From Lophium mytilinum (taxonomy: Eukaryota): a stretch of 64,000 nt of DNA. Below the pieces are notes generated by a model, which ran no database searches, was not told the origin of the DNA, and was given only the letters and a program-made list of their open reading frames with translations. Of this stretch, positions 23,391 to 36,384 are shown in pieces. Position 1 is the first letter of the stretch. Each line of letters opens with the position of its first letter. The translations under genes and the position numbers were made by a program. The stretch spans positions 1,118,726-1,182,725 of the forward strand of contig MU004198.1 in the NCBI GenBank assembly GCA_010093605.1, written 5' to 3'.

Positions 23391-25394
23391 ATGTTCAAAA
23401 ACATCACTGATCGTCTCCCCGCCGTTCCCGAGCTTCCTGAGCTACCTCAACTTCCTGGTCTCGCAACGCTTCGCCTGTCTGATTCTGCTTCCCGGGCTCC
23501 TATTTCCTCCCTCGTCCCTCCCAAACACCCCTTACTACAACGCTCCAAAATGTCTGGCGACCCCGAAGAACTGCGAGACTGGGACCAAGTCGAAGAAAAG
23601 TGGGAAGACTCGGACGTCGAGGAGCTCCTCGAAACGGCCAAGCACCTACCCCTTGATTCACCCGACGCACGCAAAGAAATGGATTACTTCGGGTCCAACG
23701 ACGACCAAAACCACATCAATATGCAGCGCAGGATAGCGAGGGTGAGAGCACGATTAGAGGCAGATAAGAAAGGTGCCGTTCTCGACAGGAATTCCTTGTT
23801 TTTCCGGAAGATCCCAAAACCTCCCCCTGTTCCCCTCGACCCTGAGTGGGAAGACGAGAAGGACAAGGAGGACTTCGAGGAGTCAAACTTCATGTATTGT
23901 CGGCCATCCATGAAGAAGGAGTTCGAGGACTACCATGGTACTCCTTACGCTTCGGAGGCACTTAAGTGGGATAAGGAGCGACGAGAGCAGAAGAGACGAG
24001 TTGAAGTTGTTAAAATCCAGGTGCAGCGCATGAAGGCTGACTTGGAGAGGAAACAGAGGGAGAACGTAGATTTTGCTCGACCTCTGCTCGACGCCTTGGA
24101 GAAGGAAAGAAAAGAGAAGGCGGAGGCGGAGTGGCTCCTAGTCGGTCCCATGGACGCCGAAGCACTCCGCCTTGAGATGCAAGGGAGGAAAGACCTGGAG
24201 CTTGTAATCGAGAACGAGGTCCCTTCATACGAAGCGTCGATTGAGGGCAGAGGAGAGGCTGGGCCCGAGGCTCCTCAGCATTCGATGATTGACTTCGAGC
24301 CGACGCTGCCATCCCACGCTTCGGCACGGATGATCATCAAAAGCATCGAGTCAACTGCAGTGGAAGAGCTAAAGGATCTTATTGACCCCGAAGGTCCTCA
24401 AGTGGAGCTTATCTTCAATGCGTCCGACCAAAAGCCCTCGCCGCTGCGGTTCCCAAAGCTCCTTCTTGGGGCATTCTCCCCCGTCTTCCGAGCCCACTTC
24501 GCCCAACGCAACGTCTCACACGAGATAACCTACCTCCACCTAACGGGCATTGAGCATGCGACTTTCATGCTCCTCTACCGTTGGATGCACATGGTGTGCA
24601 TCGGAAAATGGACGTCTAGCTCCCATCGCCCCAAGCCATACGATTGCGATGACACTCTCTTTCCGCTTCCAGAACTTGGGGCCAACCAAAGCTTTGTAAC
24701 GCAGATCAAGCTGTATTGCGCGCTCAATCAGTTGGAGGTCCACCTCCCGAAGATCCAGCTTCGAGACCTGCTCCGCACACGCTTCCCAGTTCCAGACGGG
24801 CCCATCTTGACGACCAGCCTCGGCAACAATCCGGCTCCAGACTCCTTCCCCGCAGACGACATCAAGCTTGTCCTCAATGCTGTCAAGTTGAAGCACCCGA
24901 GGAGAGCGGTGTCTGTAAGCCACGTGTCGGACAAGAAACGTCGAGAACAAGTAATCTGCAACCACGAGCTAGAAGACGATATGGAAGAGCCGGACGAAAT
25001 CGACTACTTCCTGCACACTCACATTGCTCGTTACGTCCACTTCCTTCAAGCTTTCGGTCTCTTCAAGAAGGAGTTCACACTCTTCGTGAAAGAGAACCCG
25101 GCAATTGCAGGACCGTTTGCGCGTAATGTAAAGAAGCTTAAACAGCTCAACCGGAACATCAAGGTGTGGCAGAAGCAAGTCCCTGACGATGTGGCTGAGA
25201 TGGAGGTGGAAAAGGGGCTGGAAATCTTGGACGGGAAGATCGGGGGTGAGGTCGGAGCGTACAGGATGGAGCGGGAGCCAAAGGCGGACGAGGACGAGAT
25301 GGGTATGCCGTGGGGTTGGAGAGATGGTCGAGGCACTGGGAAGGTTAAGGAAGGCCCTGTCGGGAATGGGAAGGGCAAGCCGAGCGGGAGATAA
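23391..25394 (+). CDS. Protein with a BTB/POZ-like domain and an N-terminal charged coiled-coil region (~667 aa), intronless
   Basis: EGPQVELIF...FPKLLLGAFSPVFRAHF...LHLTGIEHATFMLLYRWMH...QIKLYCALNQL follows the pattern of fungal BTB domains. First ATG at 23391. Confidence 0.65.
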   Translation: MFKNITDRLPAVPELPELPQLPGLATLRLSDSASRAPISSLVPPKHPLLQRSKMSGDPEELRDWDQVEEKWEDSDVEELLETAKHLPLDSPDARKEMDYFGSNDDQNHINMQRRIARVRARLEADKKGAVLDRNSLFFRKIPKPPPVPLDPEWEDEKDKEDFEESNFMYCRPSMKKEFEDYHGTPYASEALKWDKERREQKRRVEVVKIQVQRMKADLERKQRENVDFARPLLDALEKERKEKAEAEWLLVGPMDAEALRLEMQGRKDLELVIENEVPSYEASIEGRGEAGPEAPQHSMIDFEPTLPSHASARMIIKSIESTAVEELKDLIDPEGPQVELIFNASDQKPSPLRFPKLLLGAFSPVFRAHFAQRNVSHEITYLHLTGIEHATFMLLYRWMHMVCIGKWTSSSHRPKPYDCDDTLFPLPELGANQSFVTQIKLYCALNQLEVHLPKIQLRDLLRTRFPVPDGPILTTSLGNNPAPDSFPADDIKLVLNAVKLKHPRRAVSVSHVSDKKRREQVICNHELEDDMEEPDEIDYFLHTHIARYVHFLQAFGLFKKEFTLFVKENPAIAGPFARNVKKLKQLNRNIKVWQKQVPDDVAEMEVEKGLEILDGKIGGEVGAYRMEREPKADEDEMGMPWGWRDGRGTGKVKEGPVGNGKGKPSGR

Positions 25395-26320
25395 CTGTAG
25401 AGACCGTATTAGGCTATCGGTTTCTCGTTTTCCATCTCATTGTTTAGGAGTAGATGTAGTACCACTGCGTCCACAACGTTGAAGCTTCAGTGTTTTACCG
25501 CCTCGATCTGCTTATTTCGAACTTACTTTTGCCCATGTGACTAGGCGCCGCTGTTGATATGCTTGACTCAAGCCCGAGTGAAGTCTCTTCACGTTGGCCC
25601 GTCCTTTATCGCCCGCAGAAGCGCAGTCTCTCATGTCCCTTAATGACTTTATCATTCTCTAGCGAGGGCACTTCAATCTGTCCTAGGCCAATAATGAAAA
25701 TAACTTGTAATTACAGAAATCCTAGACCTTGATGTTATGAACCAAATCCAACAGGGCAGTGGTTGACAGGCAGAAAAGCAGTAGAGGTGTGTCACAGTTG
25801 CTTATTACCGCTGGGATACTTCGGCGCTGCTTATGAGCTTTTAGTAAAATTTGAAGTCCCTAAGAGCTTAGATTGGGGGAAAGTCCCGCGCAGACTATCG
25901 GTATACTTGCCAATGTGTGGAGTGCTTCATCACTTCACTATACATTGGGAAGAGATGGAAATAATCGCCTACTCAAACTTGTGCCCTAGTACTGTGACAA
26001 AGCCTTTATAAAGCTCCCAAGGTAAATGTGCAGCTTAGCTCCGAGTTCTGGGTCCAGACAGTGGAATATCCGGCGAAGGTAGATGTCCATAAAGCACTTT
26101 CCATGGTCGATCGATAGCATCAAAGCAAAAGCGTTCTTTCATAGCAATAACCAAACGCAAAGCTAAGTAAACCCAATTCGGCCGTTACCAATAACCCAAA
26201 CCCTACCATGATTTTGCAATTTGTCCCCACTTCCACCGGCTCTGCATCTCAGACTTCCCCATTCCTTCCCCGCTCATCTCATCAATTACTCACCCGGCTA
26301 GCTTCTCCAATAAGCAACCA

Positions 26321-27343
26321 TTAAATTTTGAGTCCATGAACCTTCCATTCATGCTCGTTACGCTTGTCAGCACGGGGGAATGATCTCCCCTGGCGACCGC
26401 CGAAGAGATGCTCGCCACGCGGGCACCCGGCATCCCGGCACCAGAACGCAGATCGCTTCAGATGGATGTTGTCAAGGTGGCGTTGCATCTCGGCTTTGCG
26501 ACCGAAGTCCTTGGGGCAGTGCGTGCAAGGGAAGCGAATTCTCGTGGTTGGGCTCGCACCGGGTGGGAGACCGGTCTGAAGATTCATGCCAAGGGTCTAG
26601 ATGAAGGGCAAATAAGCTAAATCGCATACGCGATGGGAAGGAACTTACTCCCGCCTGATTGGCATAGTTTCTGGTGGCGCAGCAAGAATTAGTCAAAAAA
26701 CTCACTCAGACCCAGCAGCGCCACCATTCCCCAAAAAGGGAACTACTGGCGCGCTGAGTGCAGAGGTTTGTGGAAATCCTCTGGTCCTGCTTGGAAGGGC
26801 AACCTTAGTGTGTTCCGGAAGCGGCATAGCGAAGGGCGTAGTGCATGATGCACCCGCGTGGGGCTCCTGGAAGGGCAACCAATTAGGGTCGAGGTTCAAC
26901 TGAGTACCGGGAGCGCCGAAGTCAGCCTGCTGCATGCTCGAGAAAGCTGCGGCTGGAATGTCCTGGAAGGGATTCTGAAAAAGGTCGAGTCCAAGATTGG
27001 GATCGAAGGGTCCAGGCTGCGGAGCGAACGCGGTGTTTTCCACGAAGTTGGAAGAATCGTAGAAGGGCATCGAGTTGATGTCGAAGTTGGTTTGGTCGAC
27101 AGGCATAGCCGCTTGAGGATCAAAGCCGGCGGCCTCCAAGCGAAAACTGTCGGTCTGGTTGCCAAACATAGCTGCAGGAGTATTGACGAAGGCTGGGGTC
27201 GTGAAGTCGGGCGTCTCGTCGAAGGGCGGCCAATAACAAGCCGGTTCCACGTGATTTCTATCGGAAGGCTGAATAGATGACGAGGCTAAGTCCTCGCTGG
27301 CGTAAACTTGGCCGAGTTGGTCGTAAGATACGGCGTGATCCAT
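26321..27343 (-). CDS. C2H2 zinc-finger transcription factor; exon model 27343-26706, 26670-26649, 26596-26321
   Basis: Two fingers: FPCTHCPKDFGRKAEMQRHLDNIH and FWCRDAGC...FPRADKRNEHEWKVH. The N-terminus is acidic and F/D/P-rich, like an activation domain. The splice model is inferred from GTGAGT and GTAAGT donors. Confidence 0.75.
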
Positions 27344-27840
27344 GGTGGAAGGTGAAGCAGCGGTGAGGGTTGGGTAGGCTTTGTGGGAGTAGAATCCTTG
27401 GGGAATGCGGTAGACTTATCCACTGAGATGAGAGGCAGAACAGCGGTGCATATATTACGGTATTGATACGGTATTAATCGAACGCCCCTTCTAGCTTCGC
27501 CCTTTCATTTTGAAGAGAAGGCTTCAGTGCTGAACTGAAGCTTGCCTTCAGCCTACCTCCACCGCTTTGTTAATTAAGAAATCCGTGCCGCAAACGCACC
27601 CAGAAACCAGCTCTAACTTTGCTCCGCAGGTTTCTTACCCAACGTCCCTTTCTTGGCGCCGACATATTCACACATTGAAATCAACAAAATCGCCCCGAAC
27701 TCCACTAGAATCGGCAACTATTGCTGGGCGAGAGCGATCGTTGGGCATCGGTCGGACCGGAAGCTTTGCCAGGGAGACTACAGTCGACCTCAAGACAGGA
27801 TGCGACCTGTACGCGCGCCATTCTTTGCAGAGTAGGTCCT

Positions 27841-28602
27841 TCATAGTGTCAGCTGATATAACGGAAGGACAGTCGCACGATAACTTACTCGCTCCTCGGC
27901 GGAGTCGCGGCGAAGAATTACCCTATCATAGGCATGCTCCATGATGTACAGATACTTATTCAGAAACATGACGCGCACCGCATGCAAATTCTTTAGGTCA
28001 CACTGCGGCAGCCCCGGATAGTTGGCATAGTTGTAGACCCGTTCAAAGTCGATCGCATTCGCGATGGGCGCGAACATAGCCATTGCTATTCCCATCGGAT
28101 CTTGGTTCCAGTGACTTTTCCAGACCGCTTTTCGGTCAACATCCGGCAGGTCTCGTACGTGCTGGCCTGGGAATTTCCGGGGGAAATCTATCACGAGAAA
28201 CTTGACCGTGGGAATGATGAAACCGGCGATGTTTTGTTCTTCGTATCTGTTCTGGGCTTCCTTGAGAGTAGATTGAATTCCGTAAAGCCTCCATGTGCGC
28301 GCAGAAAGGTTAAGGAAGGCCTGGACATCAGCGGGGTGGATGGCGTTCGCAATGGCGTAGATCATCTTTCCTGCAGGCTGGACGAAAATTGCAATATCCT
28401 CTGCGCTTATGTTAGTGATGTTGTATAAGTTGATAGACAAATCTGGTCTTATGCATTTACCTTTGCCAACTCTAATGGTACGAATACCACTAGCATCGTA
28501 GTCGATAAACTCATCGGCATAAGTGATCTTCAAGGGCGTCGCGGACATGCGTTGAGCTGGTGCGGGTAGACGACCTTCCATAGTAGCAGAAGATCTGCTC
28601 AT
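27841..28602 (-). CDS. Hypothetical protein, 253 aa
   Basis: ATG-initiated ORF with globular-looking composition and no recognised motif. The 3' end could be spliced at a GTAAGT near 27888. Confidence 0.5.
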   Translation of the reverse strand: MSRSSATMEGRLPAPAQRMSATPLKITYADEFIDYDASGIRTIRVGKGKCIRPDLSINLYNITNISAEDIAIFVQPAGKMIYAIANAIHPADVQAFLNLSARTWRLYGIQSTLKEAQNRYEEQNIAGFIIPTVKFLVIDFPRKFPGQHVRDLPDVDRKAVWKSHWNQDPMGIAMAMFAPIANAIDFERVYNYANYPGLPQCDLKNLHAVRVMFLNKYLYIMEHAYDRVILRRDSAEERVSYRATVLPLYQLTL

Positions 28603-29359
28603 CGATGTTTTCGAGGTGGATAAATCTGGAAGAAGTCCATTACGACGTGTGCCACAGGCTCGTATTTTCCTCGCTGAGAGTGTCTTTCGTTCAAATGTCT
28701 TCCTGCGAGGACGGACGGATCTCTGATCTTGGGCATGGCCGCTGTGGTCGGGAGTTGAATCCTGCGCACAACGGCGGCGGGTAGAGGCTGTCTCTTCACT
28801 TCGGCGGCGAGCCTAGGCCCTGGAGTGGCCCGCGGTGGATAGAATAGGCACAATATGCCCATTGATAAGGCAGTCAGTCCTATGGCCTTGGCGGTTGCGG
28901 ATCGGAGTACCTCTCGGTCGAAGATTTGGAGGCATGGTGGTTTGGTCTTCGTCTTAGCCGCTGATGTACTATGGAGATTTATAGCTCTGCCGATGCGGAG
29001 ATCTGATTACGCGCCACAATAGGTCGAATACGCACACGTATCCAAGCTTAGAGGTGAATATTATAATGTGTAATGAGTAGCAGGGAGGTTAAAGCGTAGA
29101 AAGATCTTGGATAAGAGGTTTAGAAAAGAGAGGAGTGAAGAAGTAAATGTTGCAAACTGTCGGTCTTGTTTAGGGTTTAGAAAGAAGTTGTTGAACACTA
29201 CGTAGTCGCTGTACATGTACTGCTATGGGTGATGACCCAGCTCGGCAGATGTGTTTGTTGGTCTAGGTTGACGTCACGTGCCCTATATCTCTTCCACGTG
29301 ACTCGTCGACAAGATCTTCCATAGAGTTTACGAAAATCTCTCCCCCACAGCTATTCACG

Positions 29360-30790
29360 TTAAACAACAAACCCGCTAACCCCAAAGTTGGTCCTCCTGG
29401 TGAGCGAGTCAAGTGTCGACGTATTGCTGCCTGACTGCATATCAGGATAGACTCTCTCGCTCGCGCTCCGGTCAAACCGCCCACCAACATCCTGCAAAAA
29501 CTGTGCATTGCGCCGTCGCTTCTTCATAGACCGACCTATCGGAGCTAAGACTTCGATGCCGACCAACGTGATGACACCAGCCAAGAGCCCGAATGCTTCA
29601 TCCATCTCAAATATTGATTGCGGAGCGCAAGGCATAAAGAAGCAGGACGTACTGAAAGACTTACCGCCCGTAATGGCAATCTTGCCGAAAGAGATAAGTC
29701 CGCAAACAGTGATGAGAATACATGCAACAGGAAGAGGTAAATAAGACAGATACATATAAAACCACGGGGTAGCCGCGATAATATATAACAGCCGTTGCCA
29801 ATCTGAGTCACTACCGAAAATCAAGCCTATAAGAATCGTGGCAACGGAAGCTAGAGTCATCGCGCCAAGTACGGCATATATTCCGAAAAAAGCTGAAGGC
29901 TTGAAATCCCTGCGTCTACGATATGAAGAAGAAATGATGTACGCGAATGCAGCAAAGATGCCAAGAACAAGGAATTGAGCCCCTGTCGAATGTATCCAAG
30001 AGAGTAGGAAGTAATGAAGCCAGGAGTTTAGCCCATCCCAATACACGGCTGGTATTCTGCTTGTATGACAGTCAACCATAGAGCCGTTCTCGATGTCGTG
30101 AAACACCACAGACTGAGAGACTGCGGGAAGAACCAGTCCGATTGCAGGTGTCCAGAACCTGGCCTTGTATCTGTTTGCGCGGGCATAGAAAGCAGTCTGC
30201 AGGCTTCCGTTCAACATCCCCATCCATACAATCGTCATCGAGGCAGCATAGCTCTCCATCAAGAAGTCCGTAGGCTGGTTATTTTGCAGCAACTTGGTAA
30301 GCAGTTTGATTCCGTCAGATAAGATCTATGGCTGCGCCATTGGTAGCTAGGAGGAACCCCCAGGTATCAGCGCCAATTGCTGACTTATTGTCCGTAACCA
30401 AGCGGATCCAAGACCCGGTGAGCCAGAGAATAAATGCTGCCCATCCACCTGGCCCGTAGAATCCGCTCACTTGCGAGATACCCAGGATATCCGGCGGGCT
30501 TGGTGATAAAGGCAAATGCAGGGCTATCCGCGTAGTAGTGCTTATATTCATCGTGCTTGTGTTCATTGACAAGGCGAAAGACATTTACACGAAGGTAGAG
30601 GGCGAAGTCGCTGAGAATGGCCGTGAGTCTTTTGGGCCCTGATATGGTGGATATATTACATTGGCATAAGCTAGAATACTAGAAGAATGTAAAGGTAAAT
30701 CGATGATACAGCCAAGAATGGAGATACTACAGCCACACTAGGACTCAAAAATGGTATGATGGAGGGTTGCAAGAAGGTTTTATGTTGCTT
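29360..30790 (-). pseudogene. SGFYGPG/CFFMPCAPQ membrane-protein family copy A, pseudogene
   Basis: Contains PPDILGISQVSGFYGPGGWAAFILW and CFFMPCAPQSIFEMDEAF. There is an in-frame TAA just before 30584, and a TGA at 30317-30315 followed by a 1-nt frameshift (AAIDLI*R/IKLL versus AALDLIRRIQQV in copy B). The 5' boundary is approximate. Confidence 0.8.
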
Positions 30791-31076
30791 GAAATGCGTG
30801 TAGAAAGGAAGTAGAAAAGAAGGCTGGAGGCCCAGGAGGCCGCTGCGACGAAGAGGCGGGGTGTTCCAAGCTTCAACTAGCTTTATGGGGTTAGATCGTC
30901 ATATGATGTGATCTCTCGCCCTTCCCCTGACCTCCACCTCAAACTCCACTGCGCCGCACCCGTTCCGCACTGATGCCGTTGCGTCCTTACAACGTACCAA
31001 GCCACTGCTTGCGTGAAAACTCTAGCCGTCTCGCCCCGTTTTGTCCCAGCTTGGGTTGCAGTCTCTAACAAATGCG

Positions 31077-33344
31077 ATGCAAAGCGGTGGGCGAAAACGC
31101 GTAGTGTCCTCCTGTCTCCCATGTTACAGGAAGAAGCAGAAGGTGCGTGTTTCTCTGTCTGTGCCATAGAATCCTACGTATCGAACTGCTCGCGGACCAG
31201 CCAAGATCTCGTTTTTCTAATGCGACTTTCTTGCTTGCTGCGCAGTGCAACCGTCGCTATCCTTGCAATCACTGCACTCGACGCCGGCAGCCCGAGGAAT
31301 GCATCTATCATCCCTCACAAGCATCGCAGGCTACTCCCCAGACGGATGCCCGCTCACACGAGGTCGTGCCGGCTTACCATGATACCCAGTCGCAAGACAC
31401 CAGCAGCAACGACGAGCTCGTTGGCTCGGCGTTGGACTGGAGAACGAAAAGGATCTCGACGCTCTGCCAGGGAAATGACGCACTCGCTGAGATGTTTGGA
31501 TATGTCGAGCATAGCGAGTCCAACACCCTGGCTCTTGTGCGTAGGGTAAGTGTTTTTCCCCTTCATTCTAGTCTCCTTCCGGTTGGTAAGACGTGAGAAG
31601 CAACTCCAAGTATCTTCAGTGGTAGACTAGCCGATTCAAGTTGGGGTACCATTTCTGCGTGGCGAGACCCGCCCAAACTCGCCTGTACTGTCTTCCTTTT
31701 CTAATCGGTGCGCATGTACAGTTGGGTCTGGGCGAGGACGAACCCCAGAATCGGAACCGGGACATTGCCCCAGAGGCTTACGATGAGATCGACATGAATA
31801 TTAAAAGACTGCCAGGTCGCAAGATCTTCGACTTTCTCATTCAGTTCTATATAACCGAAGTCCATTGGTCCGTAAGATCCCATCGCCGCCATGGCTGTCT
31901 CGATCTTCTCGCTGACAAAGCGCAACTCTAGGATGGAGCAGATAGTGTATGCCCCGTGGTTCCTAAGCCATTACCAGAAATGGTGGAACGTGGGACGACT
32001 ATCGAGGATAAATGATGTCGAATTTGCCGTGCTCTTCATAAGGATATGCTCCTACGCATCGCAATTTCTTCCCTCGCCGTCGTACACCATCGATCGTATC
32101 CGTGGGATGCCTTTAGCCGACATCCGCGCCGCATGCCATGACATCGCCGAGAATCTAGCCGCCATCTGCGTGCGGCTTAATGCGAGAGGCACATTGCTCC
32201 GCGCGCAGCACCTGTTAGTGTTAGGATTGCAATGGCAGTGCGAGGGAAGCACCAATGCCTTCTGGGACGCCCTCAGCAACGCCGCCCGGGTCGCGCAGCG
32301 GATTGGGCTCCATCGAGGGCGCGCGGCATGGACGCAAGAAATGCACGAGTTTGACAAGGAAATCCGATCCAGAGTGTACTGCAATCTCTACATATGGGAC
32401 AGGTATGTACGAAGCGCCGGCGAAGCTGCTGCAGCCGCATTTTCCTGACACACGACACCAGTCACCTTTCTGCGCAGCTAGACTGCAGTCCCTTCTTCTC
32501 CGCCAGCTTGACCGCTGAACACCTGCCGCGTATGCATCTCACGCCTGATATCGACGACGCTGACGCCCCCGAGGACTACTCGGAACGCCTGCTGCAGGCC
32601 CGTCTGGCGAGTTTCTGGCGGAGCCTCGCCCCAAAACAGGGCGCAAAATATGATGCGACTGTGGCCGAGGAGCGGTACGGGAAATTCTGCAGCGACTTCT
32701 TGCCACATCTACCGCCCTACTTCGCGCTCGAGCCCAGCAAAGAGTGGGACGAGCGACTGCCAAAACTTCCATTGCAGCGTCAGATCTTGCACGTCGCCAT
32801 CTTCGATTTTCTCTGCCAAAATTTCCGCCAGGTACTGCTGCGCGAACCAAGCCAGGTGCAAAGCCTCCCAGCATACAAGCAGGTGGTGGTGGCGTCACAG
32901 AAGAGGGCGCTGGCAGCGGCGGCGCTGAAGATGCTGGAGGGTGTTGCAAAGCTACACGCCCTGTTGGGGGCCTCCTACACGCGCTTCGCAGCTGTCATCT
33001 TGCCCGCGTTTGAGGCTGCCGTCGTGCTGGTGAGCCTCCTGACCATGGACCAGCGTTTCCCGGGCGCAGATTTAGGCGACGACGGGCCTCTGCGTGCGCT
33101 CGATGTGGATCCGCTTGGGTGGGAAAAGGCTCACTTGACGCGGGATCGATGCTATCAGGCGACGCAGCAGGCGCTTGCTCGTCTTGAGATGCTTGCAGAA
33201 GTCAGCAATATGGCTAAGGCGGGCGCCGGCACGTTAGCACGCCTCGTGGCTAATATGCCGCACAGCGAAGCTGCTCTGGACGATTCCTTCGCGCACTACA
33301 CAGCAGAAACATTCCCTGGCTTAAATGGCGAGCGTCCTGATTAG
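31077..33344 (+). CDS. Zn(II)2Cys6 fungal transcription factor with a middle-homology region; 5 exons (31077-31142, 31246-31545, 31722-31867, 31932-32402, 32462-33344)
   Basis: The spliced N-terminus MQSGGRKRVVSSCLPCYRKKQK|CNRRYPCNHCTRRRQPEEC has all six Cys. AQRIGLHR...RSRVYCNLYIWDS is a fungal-specific TF motif. Four GT-AG introns maintain the frame. Confidence 0.9.
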
Positions 33345-34254
33345 AGGCTACACCACCTAGACGCGTTTCCCCACTAATCCCTTTACGCGTTTAGAGTGCG
33401 GTCCTAATAAAGTTGTATATGGAAATTGCACAAGTCAACACCAACATTTTTGAATGGAAGGCTATGCAAACCGTCGGAGATCACTACAAAGTAGTTGTCT
33501 CATTCTTTTTGCTGGGCAACCGTAAAGTTTCACGCCATTACCCAAAAAGAAAAGTAAGGGTCCGCTATTCGTAGAATACCAGCAAGTTCTATATAATCGG
33601 TACAATCCCAATTCCTAGCCATTTTAAAGTGTCTCTGCCTGCGATTATCACATATGCCCCTACCTATCTCATCAGTCAACGGCAAAAAATTGTTTCCTTA
33701 AACTCCCTGGCCTATACCTCAAATCAAAAGAATCAGGACCACGACTTTACGAAACGCCACCATCCAATCTCCCTTCATTGGACTTGTGTTGTTGGAAACA
33801 CCATTCAGAAGCTCCTTTTGCTTGCTCAATATTACATGCTTCATTTTCTCACGCTCTTTCAACGTTGACTGACCCTCAAACCGTAATATTACTTCAACAC
33901 GCAGAACCTATATACATAGCCGTCAAGCTGGCTAAGCCTTCCCATCACTAAAGCTTCCCTCTTTTGCATATTGCAGCTTGCACGAGAGCTATGGCAATTG
34001 AAGTCTATACTACTGCACAGGTGCCCAAGAAAAATTTTCCCAAGCCATCGGGATTTCTAAACTCAAAGCAGCCCCCATGCACAGCAAGGGATCGCGCGAC
34101 CCCTCCAAACGGTCCTAAACAGAAGAACTATAGAAGTGGCAGAGATCAGAATCGATATAGCCAACCCCACTACCCCTTTCTATTACACATATCACATCGC
34201 AATTCAGCCTCTGGGAAAATCTCCCAGCATCCACGTAAAACATCGCCTCTTTCC

Positions 34255-35940
34255 TCACATACCACCAACACCAACAGCACCACCAAACAACTTGTCACGG
34301 CGCATCCCCAAGCTCAAAACCGCCGTCAGCGCGCCTCCAGCCACAACAAGAAGATACGTCTTATCAATAGCACTAACAATAGCACCGAGGACGCGATCCT
34401 TAACCTCCGGAGCGAGGCTCTGCACAAGACCAGAACGAGCGCCCAGCACAGCACCCTGAATAGCAGCCGGCGCCACATCCGGCAAGATCCGCTGAATCTG
34501 CGCCTGGCTGGAATTGAGGAGGATCGCGTTGGCGAGCGCGAGGGAGAGCGTCATACCCATGAACTGCGCCAGCGTGATAAACGCAATCGCAGGCGCGACA
34601 TTTTCGCCCTCAACGACAGCCTGCGCGACGGAAAACGAGGCTTGCGCGAACATACCCGTCCCCACGCCCATCAGCACCGTGTAGCCGTAGACGCGGCTTT
34701 CAGAGGCGGTTTGGTCGATCGTGTACATGAGGGCGGCGCCGACGACGGCGAGCACGCCGCCGGCAAGGAACCACGGCATGTAGTAGCCCAGCTTGGACAT
34801 GAGGGCGCCGTTGATGATGATGAAGACGATGATGACGGCGATGAAGGGGAGGAGGCGGACGCCGGCGTCGAGGGGGCCGTCGCTGCGCGTGAACTGGAAG
34901 AATATGGGGATCATGTAGACGGGCACGAAGAGGAGGGCACCGCTTGCTGCTGTGCAGCTGAAGAGGATGAGTACCGTGCGCGAGCGGAAGAATTGTACGG
35001 GGATGATGCGCCGCGCCGGCGTGGTGAAGATGCTCCAGATCTGCTGAGCGCCCAGCGTGAGGAAGAGCAGGCCAGACACAACGAATAGTGCGATGATACG
35101 GCCGGAGTTCCATGGATATGTGACGCCGCCTAAGTTGACAGCCAGGAGCAAGGCCGCCAGCGCTGCAGCCTGCAGTGTGATGCCGGCGTAGTCCATCTCA
35201 GCGGCTCTCGCCCGGAGTGGTGTACCAGGGCGGGGATCCTTGTTGGGGATGAGGAAGATGTAAGCGGGTGCACAGGCAGCGCCGATGAAGAGGTTGATGT
35301 AAAAGGCCCATCGCCAGCCCACCGAGGACTCACTGAAGGCGCCTCCAATGACAGGGCCCAGCACAGTGCCAAGACCCCAGCTCAAGCCGGTGAGGGAGAC
35401 GTATATAGGGCGCTCAGACATGGTGGTAGTGGCAGCAATAAGTGTGTGGCATCCGATGTACTGGCCCGAGCCGCCTATGCCGGCGATGGCGCGCCCCAAG
35501 ATCATGATATTCATGGACGGCGCTGTGCCGCAAATGGCCGAGCCGACCTCGAAGATAAAGACGTGGAAGATGTAGAACCATTTGGCGTTGAAGTTGCCAT
35601 AGACGCGGCCCCAGGCCAGATTGGAGGATGTTGCGCATAGCAGGAACGCAACGCTCAACCACGCCATGTCCTGGACGTGGCCGAATTCCTCGACGATGAC
35701 AGGTTGGAGGACGGCAACGACCGTGCCATCGACGGCATATAGGAAGGTGGAGAAAATGATGGCCGAGATGAACATGATCCATTTCCATCCCCTGAGTTCG
35801 CGTGGCCGGGGCTGTGGGTCATGATCATTCTGCTTCTCGTCACTCGTTGAGGTTTCGGTTGGACTTTTTGGTCTGTCTTCGATGGCATTGTTGTCGGGTA
35901 GGCTGTTTGCCGGTGTGTTCTTGTTGTCAAGTGCCGCCAT
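34255..35940 (-). CDS. MFS drug/toxin efflux transporter, DHA2 (14-TMS) type
   Basis: FLYAVDGTVVA, WGRVYGNFNAKW, FEVGSAICGTAPSMNIMILGRAIAGIGGSG and LGPVIGGAF..GWRWAFYINL are DHA2 motifs. First ATG at 35940; the ORF-track start at 36000 is a TTG. Confidence 0.92.
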   Translation of the reverse strand: MAALDNKNTPANSLPDNNAIEDRPKSPTETSTSDEKQNDHDPQPRPRELRGWKWIMFISAIIFSTFLYAVDGTVVAVLQPVIVEEFGHVQDMAWLSVAFLLCATSSNLAWGRVYGNFNAKWFYIFHVFIFEVGSAICGTAPSMNIMILGRAIAGIGGSGQYIGCHTLIAATTTMSERPIYVSLTGLSWGLGTVLGPVIGGAFSESSVGWRWAFYINLFIGAACAPAYIFLIPNKDPRPGTPLRARAAEMDYAGITLQAAALAALLLAVNLGGVTYPWNSGRIIALFVVSGLLFLTLGAQQIWSIFTTPARRIIPVQFFRSRTVLILFSCTAASGALLFVPVYMIPIFFQFTRSDGPLDAGVRLLPFIAVIIVFIIINGALMSKLGYYMPWFLAGGVLAVVGAALMYTIDQTASESRVYGYTVLMGVGTGMFAQASFSVAQAVVEGENVAPAIAFITLAQFMGMTLSLALANAILLNSSQAQIQRILPDVAPAAIQGAVLGARSGLVQSLAPEVKDRVLGAIVSAIDKTYLLVVAGGALTAVLSLGMRRDKLFGGAVGVGGM

Positions 35941-36384
35941 AGCTGCTGATGGATTGAAAATGGATGAGGAAACGTCTTCTCGTCTTGGTATGCTGGACAA
36001 TGGTTAGGGAGACTGCCATCGCGCCACCTTGTGTCTCTGATATATCCGCAAACCAGAGATCATTTTGCTGCCGGTGGATTGCCAATGCGTTTTTAGATTG
36101 GTAACACGCTCGTGGTGGCCGTCCAAGATGGTGTGTATTTGTCACGTGCTTGTGTCTTACAGACACTAAGCTGTCGGTCGACCGAATTCATGCCCGTGAA
36201 ATGTCGGCCGAAACAATTGTGCTGACCTAAGGGCTCGATAAGCAACATTTCAAACTCGACTATCTCCACGGCACCAACGGAGCAATTTATCAGGCACGCA
36301 CAGGCTGTCGCAGAATACCTCCGGGTGAGCAACTACGCCCGGCTTACATCTGCGCCGGACTCATTCAGCCGTCCCGAGACGCCT

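Noticed and set aside
33964..35088. 374 aa plus-strand ORF
   Set aside because: Antisense shadow of the GC-rich MFS gene; no independent motifs.
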